A DNA stretch of 64,000 nucleotides, from positions 72,594-136,593 of the forward strand of contig JAKALS010000004.1 of the NCBI GenBank assembly GCA_021813145.1, written 5' to 3'. Both the position numbers and the translations under genes were made by a program. Under the pieces are notes generated by a model that ran no database searches, was not told the DNA's origin, and was given only the letters and a program-made list of their open reading frames with translations. Shown here one piece after another: positions 1 to 9,847 of the stretch. Positions within the stretch are counted from its first letter, which is position 1, and each line of letters begins with the position of its first letter. Origin of the DNA: a bacterium. GTDB lineage: Bacteria; Patescibacteriota; Microgenomatia; Levybacterales; UBA12049.

Positions 1-15
1 TCGCCCCGTCTATTT

Positions 16-1212
16 CTAGGAATGTGTATTTTTTCTTGTTCTTTCATAGTAAAAAGTTGGGAGTGTCAGTTTAACCATGGTCCCTCTGTCTAATTCAGAA
101 GATATTTTAATTTTTCCGTTGTGCCTGTCGATTATCTGTTTACTTAGATAAAGACCGAGTCCCATTCCCTCTATTGTATGGTTTTCGCCTTTATAGAAAC
201 TATTAAATATTTTAGGTAAGTCTTTTTTAGGTATTCCTTTTCCCTTGTCTTCCACAGAGACGGTTGTATATTTTTTATCAGGCGATTCGATTTTTACAAT
301 TATCGAATTTTCCTCCGCGGAATATTTTGCCGCGTTATCTAAAAGGTTAATTACAACTTCTATCATCTTGTTAAAATCCGCAATAACGGTATCATTGGTT
401 ACTCCTACCCCGTCTTTAAATACTACTTTTCTTTGCTGATGATTCGCCTTAAAGCTCATTATTGCGTGTTTAACGATTTCTTTAAGACTTGAGGGTTCAA
501 ATTCATACTCGAGCCTTCCAGATTTTATCCTGTCAAGTTCCAGTAATTCGTCAATTAACTTTGTCAGCCTTGCCATTTCATCAAGGATATGCTCTACCCA
601 GTCTGTATTTAATTTTTCACCTTTTGCTAACCTTCTTTGCATTAATTGAACAAAAGTAGAAACAGTTGTTATAGGAGTTTTTAGCTCATGAGAGGCAAGA
701 GAAATAAATAAATCTCTTGTTTCTATTTCTTTTTCCAAATCCGCATATAATTGAGCTTTTCTTATGGATAACATAGAAAGCGATGCCAGGAGTTGTAGAT
801 TGGCCATATCTTCCCTTGTAAATTCTTTTGTTTCAGAGGTTACGGCAAGCGCCCCCATAGACTTTCCCCTGTTTTCCAAGGGGACTACCAAATCGGATTT
901 TATTTTTGTGCCTGTGAATTCGGAGTGGGCCCTTCGGAGATCCTCACCTTTTAATATTTTGGGTTTTCCGGTTTTGTATACCTTATAAATATATCCTTCC
1001 TTTCGCGGCTTTATTTTCCCAAGGAGCGGGTTTGTAGTATAGACAATTATAAACCTGGATTTTTCCCTTAAGAGGATAGAGGCATAGTTGGCTCCGGAAA
1101 TTCTTACCGCCTCTTTAGCTATAATAGCGTAAGTATCCGCAATTGTTACGGGCTGCAAAAACTTCACTGCACTTTCATATAATCCGTAAATGTTATTTAG
1201 TCTCTTACTCAT
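16..1212 (-). CDS. GAF-domain sensor histidine kinase
   Basis: H-box ASHELKTPIT, N-box NLLDNAAKYS, G1 DKGKGIP, G2 GMGLGL; N-terminal GAF-like region. Confidence 0.92.
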   Translation of the reverse strand: MSKRLNNIYGLYESAVKFLQPVTIADTYAIIAKEAVRISGANYASILLREKSRFIIVYTTNPLLGKIKPRKEGYIYKVYKTGKPKILKGEDLRRAHSEFTGTKIKSDLVVPLENRGKSMGALAVTSETKEFTREDMANLQLLASLSMLSIRKAQLYADLEKEIETRDLFISLASHELKTPITTVSTFVQLMQRRLAKGEKLNTDWVEHILDEMARLTKLIDELLELDRIKSGRLEYEFEPSSLKEIVKHAIMSFKANHQQRKVVFKDGVGVTNDTVIADFNKMIEVVINLLDNAAKYSAEENSIIVKIESPDKKYTTVSVEDKGKGIPKKDLPKIFNSFYKGENHTIEGMGLGLYLSKQIIDRHNGKIKISSELDRGTMVKLTLPTFYYERTRKNTHS

Positions 1213-1350
1213 AGAAGAATTCTAATGGGGAATTGTATTATATCACTCTTTGTCCAATTCGTTCTTACATTTTTCTTACTTCTTTTTTGTTGTGTTCACA
1301 TGCATTAAGAATAGTATTATAAATCCAAAAGATGAAAAAGGGAGTTAATT

Positions 1351-1518
1351 ATGAAACAAGATTTACAAAAAGTATTATTCTATCCGTTGAAGAAAATAAA
1401 TTCTGTAGTTATGGCTTTCGCTATAGTTGTTTCGTCGCCCTTAGACGATGAATCGGCAGAACACGTAAGTTCAATCGTCTTCGAAGGGAATAAGAAAACT
1501 ATTTTAAATCCCGTTTAA
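1351..1518 (+). CDS. small hypothetical protein (55 aa, MKQDLQKVLFYPLKK...)
   Basis: ATG preceded by an AAGGGAG Shine-Dalgarno; open to TAA at 1518; fills the intergenic gap. Confidence 0.45.
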   Translation: MKQDLQKVLFYPLKKINSVVMAFAIVVSSPLDDESAEHVSSIVFEGNKKTILNPV

Positions 1519-1520
1519 TT

Positions 1521-2192
1521 TTATTCTTTAATTATATATCCGAATCCTCTTACCGAGTGGATCAGTTTTTGGGGGAAACCGGAATCCACCTTTTTTCTTA
1601 AGTATCCGATGTATACATCTACGGATCTTGTTTCGATATCCGGAGAGGTATACCAAATGTTGTTGAGTATCATTTCTCGTGTTACAACCTTCCCCTTATG
1701 AGTTATAAGGTATTCAAGGAGCTTGTACTCTCTTGGAGTAAGCTGGATGAGTTTTCCGTCTCTCCTTACCTCGTATGTTTCCTGATCGAGCTCCAGATTG
1801 GCGACCCTTTTCTTCACTTCTGCGCTGGGGTGATTTCGAAGTCTTGCATTTATTCTTGCCAAAAGTTCCTCGAGCTCGAAAGGTTTTGTCACGTAGTCGT
1901 CTGCTCCGAGGTTTAAGCCCTTTACGATATCAAGGGTATCATTTCGTGCGCTAAGTATTACAACACGTAAATCCGGATAATTTGCTTTAATTTCTTTACA
2001 AACACTTTCTCCTCCCATATTGGGCAAGCCCAAATCCAAAAGGACAAGATCAACTTTTGTCTTTTTAAGCGCATTAAGAGCCTGTATACCGTCGTAAGCA
2101 CTGTGGACCAGAAACTGGTTTTCGGAAAGAAACTGCTTCAAGTATTCGTGTAGGTCTTTTTCGTCTTCGACTATCAATATGTTCCTAACCAT
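1521..2192 (-). CDS. OmpR/PhoB family response regulator
   Basis: REC motifs VEDE, LLDLGLP, GADDYVTKPF; wHTH tail VRGFGY. Confidence 0.95.
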   Translation of the reverse strand: MVRNILIVEDEKDLHEYLKQFLSENQFLVHSAYDGIQALNALKKTKVDLVLLDLGLPNMGGESVCKEIKANYPDLRVVILSARNDTLDIVKGLNLGADDYVTKPFELEELLARINARLRNHPSAEVKKRVANLELDQETYEVRRDGKLIQLTPREYKLLEYLITHKGKVVTREMILNNIWYTSPDIETRSVDVYIGYLRKKVDSGFPQKLIHSVRGFGYIIKE

Positions 2193-2315
2193 AGGGGTAC
2201 TATTATATCAAATATATTCAAGTTTGTGCCCCTTTTACCCTTCTCTTACATTTTTATGCTTTAAACTTAAACTAAAATTGTTAACCTTTTAAAACTCTAA
2301 AAGGAGGTGAAAAAA

Positions 2316-2567
2316 ATGGGAGTAATTTCGTGGATTGTATTCGGGTTGATAGTAGGTGTGATAGCCAACTATATTGACCCTCAGGCGGCAAGAGGAGGAT
2401 TGGTAGGAGCCATAATATTGGGGATAGTAGGCGGATTGGTAGGAGGCTTTCTCTCCTCAATGGTTTTTGGAGTGGGAGTAACAGGATTTAACATAACTTC
2501 TCTTGTAATCGCTGTAGTAGGAGCTTTGGTGCTTCTTCTAATAGGAAGAGCTTTAAACAGAGCTTAA
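2316..2567 (+). CDS. GlsB/YeaQ/YmgE (transglycosylase-associated) membrane protein
   Basis: ISWIVFGLIVGVIA...GIVGGLVGG...AVVGALVLL; AGGAGGTG SD before ATG 2316. Confidence 0.88.
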   Translation: MGVISWIVFGLIVGVIANYIDPQAARGGLVGAIILGIVGGLVGGFLSSMVFGVGVTGFNITSLVIAVVGALVLLLIGRALNRA

Positions 2568-2573
2568 ATTAAA

Positions 2574-2610
2574 GTAAATGCGCGGATCTTCCTTTTTTCC
2601 GTGCATTTGC
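2574..2610. terminator. hairpin between convergent genes
   Basis: GTAAATGCGCGGA...TCCGTGCATTTGC inverted repeat with G-T pairs. Confidence 0.5.
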
Positions 2611-2615
2611 TGTGG

Positions 2616-2954
2616 CTATTTGCGGTTTTCTTCCTCTATTCTTTTTTCCAGAGTTTTAAGCTTATCGTTTATGGCCCTTTCTATGTCCACACCCGCAGCT
2701 TCTGCAAGCATCATTGTAGTTAAAATTACATCGGCAAACTCCTGGTAAATGTTTCTTTTGTCGAATTTTTCTAACTTAGCCCTTCTTTGCAGTTTTAAAA
2801 TTCCCAAAATATCGTTGCAAAGCTCTCCTACTTCTTCATTGAGTTTTACGGTTTTTGTGAGGATCTCTTTTTCTTTTTGAGAGTAGAGCTTATAATGGGG
2901 CCTTGATTTGGCATTAAGAACCGAAACTTTCTCTGCAAGATTTTTTAAATTCAT
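2616..2954 (-). CDS. MazG-like NTP pyrophosphohydrolase
   Basis: KLNEEVGEL...EFADV acidic motif; start placed at ATG 2954. Confidence 0.82.
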   Translation of the reverse strand: MNLKNLAEKVSVLNAKSRPHYKLYSQKEKEILTKTVKLNEEVGELCNDILGILKLQRRAKLEKFDKRNIYQEFADVILTTMMLAEAAGVDIERAINDKLKTLEKRIEEENRK

Positions 2955-2977
2955 GTTATACTGAGTATAACATGAAT
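2949..2977. promoter_or_regulatory. 29-bp perfect palindrome holding two TATACT -10 boxes and both divergent start codons
   Basis: ATTCATGTTATACT-G-AGTATAACATGAAT. Confidence 0.6.
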
Positions 2978-3478
2978 GAATTAATGATTTTATCTGCAAA
3001 ATATCTTTTTATAGTCCCAGTGCTGTTAACGGTTATTTATATACTCCTTGAGTTTATAAAAAATAAAAAGGAAATTATTTTTTTTGCAGTTTTTAATCTC
3101 CCCTTATCTTTAATAATCGCCAAAATAGCAGGACATTTTTTTTATGACACTAGACCCTTTGTCAGAGGGCATTTTGTTCCGCTTATAAGTCATGCTCCCG
3201 ACAACGGTTTTCCCTCGGATCATGCTCTTTTGAGCTTTGCCTTAGCCTCGTTGGTTTTTGCCTATAGTAAGCCTTTGGGTTTAATCCTTTTTGCGATAGG
3301 TCTAATAGTCGGATTTTCAAGGGTTTATGTAGGCGTTCATTCTCCCCTAGATATAGCCGGGAGTTTTGTTATAAGCGTCCTTATTGCCTGTCTCGTTTAT
3401 CTGTTCTTAAAGACGAAGAGGGGGCAGGCATTTTTTGTTAAATTTAATTCCCTGAGTTTGCAAAAGAAAACCTCATAA
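2972..3478 (+). CDS. PAP2 family undecaprenyl-diphosphatase (BcrC-like)
   Basis: K...RPF, FPSDH and SRVYVGVHSPLD PAP2 motifs. Confidence 0.88.
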   Translation: MNELMILSAKYLFIVPVLLTVIYILLEFIKNKKEIIFFAVFNLPLSLIIAKIAGHFFYDTRPFVRGHFVPLISHAPDNGFPSDHALLSFALASLVFAYSKPLGLILFAIGLIVGFSRVYVGVHSPLDIAGSFVISVLIACLVYLFLKTKRGQAFFVKFNSLSLQKKTS

Positions 3479-3492
3479 CCTACAATAAGCTC

Positions 3493-3873
3493 ATGAAAGA
3501 ACTGGAAGTTGTCGGTGAAGAAACCTGGAATAAGAAAAGAGTGGCTCTTGGAATTTTTGTCCTTATATTGATTTTGGCAGGACTGTTTGGGTTTAAGACT
3601 TATGTGCTGGATAAAAATTCTCCTTCACAATCCGTAGAGGGGGCATCGGTTTTTGCGACACCCGCAGATACCTCAAGTCCTCTGCCCGACTTAAAGTCGA
3701 ATGTTTCGGATCAGATAAATACCCTCCAACAGGAGGCATCAAACTTAAATATAACCGATATTGCAACTTCATCGCCTCAAGTACAAAAGGTGATCAATGA
3801 TTTAAAATCTCTTCAGGATTTGCCAAAAAGCCAGGCAAAGGATTTTTGCCAGCAGGTATGTAACAGCTTATAA
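3493..3873 (+). CDS. hypothetical single-TM protein
   Basis: N-terminal TM helix; TTGCAA-17-TACAAT promoter 6 nt upstream of ATG. Confidence 0.7.
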   Translation: MKELEVVGEETWNKKRVALGIFVLILILAGLFGFKTYVLDKNSPSQSVEGASVFATPADTSSPLPDLKSNVSDQINTLQQEASNLNITDIATSSPQVQKVINDLKSLQDLPKSQAKDFCQQVCNSL

Positions 3874-3875
3874 AT

Positions 3876-4880
3876 ATGGAAGAAATAAGAGAAAGAGTAA
3901 ACAATCTTATAAATAAGCTCGACATAGAGGAAAAACAGATAAGAATAAAAAGTATAGAAGCTGAGAGTACTGACCCGGCTTTCTGGCAGGACCACGTAAA
4001 TGCAGCCTCAAAAATGAAAGAGCTTTCAATGTTGCAGGAAGAAGTGGCAAAAGTGGACCTTTTAAAAAATTTTCTTTCGGAAGGTAAGGGCCAAGAGGCT
4101 GAAAAGCTTCTTGATGAGCTCGAGGAGCTTTTATATTTTTCAAGCCCTTATGACAAAGGCAATGCGATTGTGTCTCTGCATTCGGGACAAGGAGGGGTAG
4201 AGGCTATGGACTGGACGCATATGCTTTACAGGATGTATACAAGGTATTTCGAGCGAAAAGGATGGAAGTTTGAAGCGTTTGAAGAAACCCCCGGGGAAGA
4301 GACTGGGCTTAAAAGTGTCACAATTTCCGTAGAAGGTCCTTATGCATACGGACTTTTAAAGGGAGAAGCGGGAGTGCACAGGCTTGTACGTCAGTCTCCT
4401 TTTAACGCCGATAATTTAAGACAGACATCTTTTGCCCTTGTGGAGGTATTACCCGATGTAGGAGAAGAAAACGACATAGAAATAAAAGACGATGATTTGG
4501 AATGGGATTTTTTCAGAAGCGGAGGTCACGGAGGCCAGAATGTCAATAAGGTTTCAACAGCGGTAAGATTAAAACATAGGCCTACGGGAATAATAGTAAC
4601 TGCCCAAAGTCAGCGTTATCAGGGGCAAAACAGAGAATACGCACTTAAAGTTCTTAAAGCAAAGCTTTGGGTACTCAGAGAAGAGGAGCGCAAAAAACAG
4701 GAACAGGAGCTTAAAGGTGGATACAAAACTCCCGGATGGGGTAATCAGATAAGATCATATGTTCTTCATCCTTACAAAATGGTCAAAGATTTGCGGACAG
4801 GATTTGAAACCGGCAACACAGAGGCTGTTTTAGATGGAGATATCGACGAATTTATAGACGAGGAGCTTAGAAAACTCTAA
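3876..4880 (+). CDS. prfB: peptide chain release factor 2
   Basis: SPF anticodon-mimic motif, GGQ motif, WGNQIRSYV. Confidence 0.96.
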   Translation: MEEIRERVNNLINKLDIEEKQIRIKSIEAESTDPAFWQDHVNAASKMKELSMLQEEVAKVDLLKNFLSEGKGQEAEKLLDELEELLYFSSPYDKGNAIVSLHSGQGGVEAMDWTHMLYRMYTRYFERKGWKFEAFEETPGEETGLKSVTISVEGPYAYGLLKGEAGVHRLVRQSPFNADNLRQTSFALVEVLPDVGEENDIEIKDDDLEWDFFRSGGHGGQNVNKVSTAVRLKHRPTGIIVTAQSQRYQGQNREYALKVLKAKLWVLREEERKKQEQELKGGYKTPGWGNQIRSYVLHPYKMVKDLRTGFETGNTEAVLDGDIDEFIDEELRKL

Positions 4881-4953
4881 AATTGAGTATAAAAGGGTTG
4901 ATAAAAATCCCAAAATATGTTTTACTTAGTGGAGGAGGTGAGAACTTTATTAA

Positions 4954-5412
4954 ATGGAAGAAAAACAAAACGATTTAGTCCACGATTTTAATCCTTCAGG
5001 AAAAAGCTTTAAGTTTACACCTAAAGTCGCACTTATTTTTTTAGTTATCATTTTGCTTGGACTCGGAAGCGGATATGCCCTTTCTAAAAAATCTTCACCG
5101 GTAGCAAAATTATCGGGAAGTAATGTAACTGCAAGTAATGGCTCTACGCTTCAAAAAGGAACTATTTACGGTTCGAACGATACTTCAACCTTTAAGGATA
5201 CTGCGGAAGGGGTATTGAATGTAGGCGGAATAGACGGAGAAGGAGCCTATCATTTAGTAAGACCGGGAGGCCCAAGTCAGGATGTTTATCTTACCTCTTC
5301 ATCGTTAGATTTATCCAAATTTGTTAATCAAAAGGTAAAAGTTTGGGGACAAACTCAGAAAGCTCAGCACGCCGGCTGGCTAATGGATGTCGGCAGGGTT
5401 GAAGTAGAATAA
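4954..5412 (+). CDS. hypothetical membrane-anchored protein
   Basis: TM helix followed by a beta-rich domain; GGAGGTGA SD; overlaps the ftsE start. Confidence 0.75.
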   Translation: MEEKQNDLVHDFNPSGKSFKFTPKVALIFLVIILLGLGSGYALSKKSSPVAKLSGSNVTASNGSTLQKGTIYGSNDTSTFKDTAEGVLNVGGIDGEGAYHLVRPGGPSQDVYLTSSSLDLSKFVNQKVKVWGQTQKAQHAGWLMDVGRVEVE

Positions 5413-6185
5413 TGATAAAACTGGATAAAGTCTCAAAAAAATTCGGAACGGGAGTTTTTGGTCTCTCGGATATAAGTTTTGATATAGAAAAAGGAGAATT
5501 TGTTTTTCTTGTGGGTCCAACAGGATCCGGTAAGACTACAATTTTTAGGCTTCTTATAAGAGAAACATTACCAAGCGAAGGTTCTATTTTTGTTAACGGT
5601 TGGGATATAGTTACGTTACCAAAACAAAAGATACCTCATTTAAGAAAAAAAGTTGGAGTCGTTTTTCAGGATCTTAAGCTTCTTTCCGACAGGACAATAC
5701 TTGAGAATATCCTTTTGCCTTTGGATGTAGCGGGAGTGAGTCTAAATGAAGCTAAGGTAAAAGCCGAGGAAGTCCTAACTCAAGTAGGTCTTATTTCCCA
5801 CAAAGATAAATTTCCGATTCAGCTTTCGGGCGGAGAACTTCAAAGAGTCGCAATAGCAAGGGCCCTTATACTTTCTCCGGATATTATTCTGGCAGACGAG
5901 CCCACAGGAAATCTTGATCCTGCAACTTCCTGGGAAATAGTAAAACTTCTTTCTGATATAAATGAAAAAGGAACAACAATTCTTATGGCTACGCATAACC
6001 TCGATATTGTCAAAAGCCTTGCGAAAAGAATAATCGAACTTGAAAAAGGGCATTTGGTAAACGACAATAAAAACAATAAAGAAGAAAAAGAAAAAAAGTC
6101 TCATCCAAAAAAAGAGGAAGAAAAAGAAATTAAAGAAAAAGAAACAGGAGAGGAAAAAAAGGAGGAAAAACATGAAACACTTTAA
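5412..6185 (+). CDS. ftsE: cell division ABC ATPase FtsE
   Basis: GPTGSGKT, VVFQD, LSGGELQR, ADEPTGNLD; adjacent to ftsX; K/E-rich tail. Confidence 0.92.
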   Translation: MIKLDKVSKKFGTGVFGLSDISFDIEKGEFVFLVGPTGSGKTTIFRLLIRETLPSEGSIFVNGWDIVTLPKQKIPHLRKKVGVVFQDLKLLSDRTILENILLPLDVAGVSLNEAKVKAEEVLTQVGLISHKDKFPIQLSGGELQRVAIARALILSPDIILADEPTGNLDPATSWEIVKLLSDINEKGTTILMATHNLDIVKSLAKRIIELEKGHLVNDNKNNKEEKEKKSHPKKEEEKEIKEKETGEEKKEEKHETL

Positions 6186-7038
6186 AACTACATGGAGAAA
6201 TATGAGAAGATCCCCGTACCAGGCCTTTGCAGCGATTCTTATAATGATGTTGACTTTTCTTACGGTTTCCTTCTTTGTATTTCTAATAGGAGGTTCTTCG
6301 GAGGTTATTAATTATTTCGAATCCAAGCCCCAGGTTACAGCTTTCTTCAAAAATGACGCAAAACAAAGCGATATAAATACTCTAGAAAATAATTTACAGT
6401 CAACTGGTAAAATAGCTTCGATAAAATTCGTTTCTAAAGATGAAGCTTTAAAAATTTACAGAGAACAGAATAAAAATGATCCGCTTCTTTTAGACCTTGT
6501 TACGGCAGACATACTCCCCGCATCTTTGGAGATTTCAACTACTCAGATAGAAGACTTGGCTCCCATTTCGAATACTTTAAAAAATTCGCCTATTGTACAG
6601 GAAGTAGTTTATCAGCAGGATGTGGTTTCTGCTTTAACGTCCTGGACATCTGCCATTAGGAAAATAGGACTGGCTTTAATAGTTGTTCTTTCTCTCGTTT
6701 CGGTTTTTATAATGGTGACTATAATAGGAATAAAAATATCCCAGAAAAAAGAAGACATAGAGATAATGAGGCTCATAGGAGCATCCAATTGGTATATCAG
6801 ATGGCCCTTTATATTTGAAGGCATGTTTTATGGAGTAATAGGAGCTTTATTCGGTTGGGCGATAGCTTCCGGAGTTCTTTGGTACAGCACACCTTTTTTG
6901 GAATCCTTTTTAAGAGGCATTCCGGTCCTTCCCGTTTCTCCGCTTATTTTTGTCGAGCTTTTGGGAACAGAGCTTGTTTTGGCGGCCCTTTTAGGTGCCT
7001 TTTCGAGCTATCTGGCAGTTTTAAGATATCTTAAATAG
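6172..7038 (+). CDS. ftsX: cell division permease FtsX
   Basis: 4-TM topology, FVSKDEAL, EIMRLIGASNWYIRWPFIFEG. Confidence 0.93.
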   Translation: MKHFKTTWRNMRRSPYQAFAAILIMMLTFLTVSFFVFLIGGSSEVINYFESKPQVTAFFKNDAKQSDINTLENNLQSTGKIASIKFVSKDEALKIYREQNKNDPLLLDLVTADILPASLEISTTQIEDLAPISNTLKNSPIVQEVVYQQDVVSALTSWTSAIRKIGLALIVVLSLVSVFIMVTIIGIKISQKKEDIEIMRLIGASNWYIRWPFIFEGMFYGVIGALFGWAIASGVLWYSTPFLESFLRGIPVLPVSPLIFVELLGTELVLAALLGAFSSYLAVLRYLK

Positions 7039-7069
7039 AAACCGGCATAAAAATAATGTTATATGAGAT

Positions 7070-8347
7070 ATGAAATTAAAAATGAAAAAAATTCTTTTTC
7101 CGGCTCTTTTGATTTTGGTTTTTCTTTTTAACGTATCTTCGGGAGTTTTGGCTCAAAGTGCTTCTCCCACCCCCACTCCTTCTTCCTCTCCGTCCGACGC
7201 CTCGACAGCTACCAGTAGTGTTCCCGATTGCGCAAACAACAATATAAGCGTTGCGGATTGTCCTTCTTATTTACAAAATAAAATAAGCGGTTTGCAGGGA
7301 CAGGAAAAAACTTTGTCTACTCAGATTGCAGTGATGAATAGCCAGATAAATCTTACCGAGGCAAGGATTGAAGCAACTCAGGAGCAGATTACCAATTTGT
7401 CTTTGGACATCGATACGGCAGGTAAAAAAATATCGGGGCTTGAAAGCTCACTAAATTCCCTGGTAACAGTCTTGGCAAACAGGATAGTAGCAACTTATGA
7501 AGTAGGAACTATCCAGCCTCTTCAGATACTCTTAACTTCCTCTACGGCTTCCGACTTTTTCTCAAGGCTTAACTATTTAAAAATTGCTCAGGCTCATGAT
7601 AAGGAGCTTATATATGACACCCAGCAGGCAAAGGTCGATTACACAAATCAAAAGACGATTCTTGAGGCTGAAAAGAAGAAAGTTGTTGATCTTCAAGCAC
7701 AGCTCCAGTCTTATACTGACCAATTAAATCAGGAGAAATCGTCAAAACAGGATTTACTTACGCAGACTCAGGGAAATGAAGCTACTTATCAATCTTTGCT
7801 CCAGCAAGCTCAAGCTCAACTTTCAGGTTTTCAGAGATTTGTAGCAAATCAGGGTGGAGCTTCCATATTAAGCGGTCAGACTTATTGTGACGGTTGGGGA
7901 TGTTATTATAATCAAAGAGACTCGCAGTGGGGAAATACTCTAATAAATAACCAGTCCGGGTATACAATGGCGGGGTACGGGTGTCTGATTACCTCAATTG
8001 CAATGATAGCAAGCCACATGGGACATAAAGAAATTCTTCCGGGAGATATAGCAACAAGCGGAGACAGTAATTTTGCCGTAGGTACGGCAATGCTTAAATA
8101 CTCTATTTCGGTAAAAGGAGTTAATATTTCAAGAAGCGGAGTCTCTCCTCTCGACTCGGCTTTATCGAGCGGGCCTGTGATAGTAGGAATATATGCTTAC
8201 GGGGGAACCCATTTTGTTGTCCTTAAAAGCGGATCGAACGGAAATTATACAATGGATGACCCTTTTATAGCGGGTGGACATGACATATCTTTTACCGACC
8301 ATTATTCCTTAAATAGTATATTTGAAATAGACAGAGTCTCTATGTAG
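7070..8347 (+). CDS. PcsB/CwlO-type coiled-coil cell-wall hydrolase with a C39-like catalytic domain
   Basis: signal peptide, long coiled coil (DFFSRLNYL), C-terminal YYNQRD..W...GCLITS...HFVV...DP; follows ftsEX. Confidence 0.75.
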   Translation: MKLKMKKILFPALLILVFLFNVSSGVLAQSASPTPTPSSSPSDASTATSSVPDCANNNISVADCPSYLQNKISGLQGQEKTLSTQIAVMNSQINLTEARIEATQEQITNLSLDIDTAGKKISGLESSLNSLVTVLANRIVATYEVGTIQPLQILLTSSTASDFFSRLNYLKIAQAHDKELIYDTQQAKVDYTNQKTILEAEKKKVVDLQAQLQSYTDQLNQEKSSKQDLLTQTQGNEATYQSLLQQAQAQLSGFQRFVANQGGASILSGQTYCDGWGCYYNQRDSQWGNTLINNQSGYTMAGYGCLITSIAMIASHMGHKEILPGDIATSGDSNFAVGTAMLKYSISVKGVNISRSGVSPLDSALSSGPVIVGIYAYGGTHFVVLKSGSNGNYTMDDPFIAGGHDISFTDHYSLNSIFEIDRVSM

Positions 8348-8510
8348 ACTTTTATGTTCGATAGAAATAAAGAGTTGTTCATTTTGTTTTCTATATACTT
8401 ATCTTTATTAAACTTTGTTTTTGTATTTAAGGCTTATTCTGTTTCCTCACCGTTGATAAATATCCCCTATCTTGTTTTTAGCAATTCATTATAAGAAAAT
8501 AAAAAACAGG

Positions 8511-8954
8511 ATGAATAAAGAGGAAGTTTATATAACAAAAAGTTTTGAAGAAACGAAATTACTCGGCGAAAAATGCGCAAAAAATCTTAAGGCCGGAGGA
8601 ATTATAGCTCTTTACGGTGAATTGGGAGGCGGAAAAACGACTTTCGTTCAAGGTATTGCTCTAGGACTTGGTATAGAAAGAAGGATAATTTCGCCTACTT
8701 TTATAATAGTAAGGACATACGAATTAAATATAGAAAACGCCAAAAATTTTTACCATATCGATTTATATAGAACACAAAATCAAGATGATATAAAAGGTTT
8801 AGGATTAGAAGAAATTATAAGTGATGGAAAAAATATTGTTGCGATAGAATGGGCAGAAAAGATGGGAGAATTTCTTCCTGAAAAAAGAACAGATATATTT
8901 TTTAAATATATAGAAGGTGATAAAAGAGAGATAAAAATAATAAAACATGAATGA
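8511..8954 (+). CDS. tsaE: t6A biosynthesis ATPase TsaE
   Basis: GELGGGKTTF, SPTF, HIDLYR, IEWAE. Confidence 0.95.
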   Translation: MNKEEVYITKSFEETKLLGEKCAKNLKAGGIIALYGELGGGKTTFVQGIALGLGIERRIISPTFIIVRTYELNIENAKNFYHIDLYRTQNQDDIKGLGLEEIISDGKNIVAIEWAEKMGEFLPEKRTDIFFKYIEGDKREIKIIKHE

Positions 8955-9525
8955 TATAGAAAAAGCGGTAAAAATTTTAAACCAAGGAGGAATCATAATT
9001 TTTCCTACGGATACGGCTTTTGGAATAGGCTGCCGTGTGGACAGGGAAGATGCCATAAAAAAATTGTTTGCAATCAGAAAGAGGCCAAGAGATCAGGCAG
9101 TGCCCGTATTATTTGATAATAAAGAAACAATAAAAAAATTTGTTACCGAAATACCTTCAGACGTAGAGGAAAAGTTAATGGACAGATATTGGCCCGGTGC
9201 TTTGACAATAGTAATGTCTTGCTTAACAGATAGAGTTCCCGTTCTTGTGCGGGGAGGAGGAAAAAATATAGGAGTAAGAATTCCCGATAATGAAACGATA
9301 CTTTCGATCATAAAAAAAACAGGAACGGGAATTTTGGGACCTTCTGCAAATTTTCACGGAGAGGCCACTCCCTACGCATTTGAAGACCTAAATCCTGAGC
9401 TAGTAGGATTGGTAGACTATGTAGTTCCCGGGGAATGTAAACTTAAAAATGCGTCTACTGTTATTGACTGTTCGGGAAATGAGTGGCAAATTATAAGAGA
9501 AGGGGCAATTAAGCTTAATTTATGA
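8947..9525 (+). CDS. tsaC: L-threonylcarbamoyladenylate synthase (Sua5/YrdC)
   Basis: FPTDTAFGIG, KRP, YWPGALT, SAN, STVID, REGAI. Confidence 0.93.
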   Translation: MNDIEKAVKILNQGGIIIFPTDTAFGIGCRVDREDAIKKLFAIRKRPRDQAVPVLFDNKETIKKFVTEIPSDVEEKLMDRYWPGALTIVMSCLTDRVPVLVRGGGKNIGVRIPDNETILSIIKKTGTGILGPSANFHGEATPYAFEDLNPELVGLVDYVVPGECKLKNASTVIDCSGNEWQIIREGAIKLNL

Positions 9526-9845
9526 TGGGAAGAATTCTGTTTATAGATACAAGCAGCAGTAAGGAAGCATCGGTAACTTTAAGGGAAGACAGAGGGGCCT
9601 TTTGTGTAACTTCTGACGCAACAAAACTCAAATCACAGGTTCTTTTACTTTTAATAGATAAAGTTTTAGAAGATAACGAAATTTCCCTTAGAGACTTGAC
9701 TGGAATCGAAGTTAATTTGGGCCCGGGTTCTTTTACGGGTTTGAGAGTGGGTGTTTCAGTGGGTAATACCCTTGCTTTTGCATTAAAAATTCCTATTAAC
9801 GGCAATAAAGTTGGCGTTTTAGTTGAGCCGTTATATAATAATTAA
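9522..9845 (+). CDS. tsaB: TsaB, short form (N-terminal domain only)
   Basis: ILFIDTS and GPGSFTGLRVG motifs; only 107 aa. Confidence 0.85.
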   Translation: MMGRILFIDTSSSKEASVTLREDRGAFCVTSDATKLKSQVLLLLIDKVLEDNEISLRDLTGIEVNLGPGSFTGLRVGVSVGNTLAFALKIPINGNKVGVLVEPLYNN

Positions 9846-9847
9846 GT

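Noticed and set aside
6060-6175. Purine-rich repetitive tract in ftsE
   Set aside because: It simply encodes a low-complexity K/E tail; no discrete repeat unit
8354-8494. 46-aa hydrophobic ORF before tsaE
   Set aside because: No SD or motif, and AT-rich intergenic DNA yields such ORFs by chance
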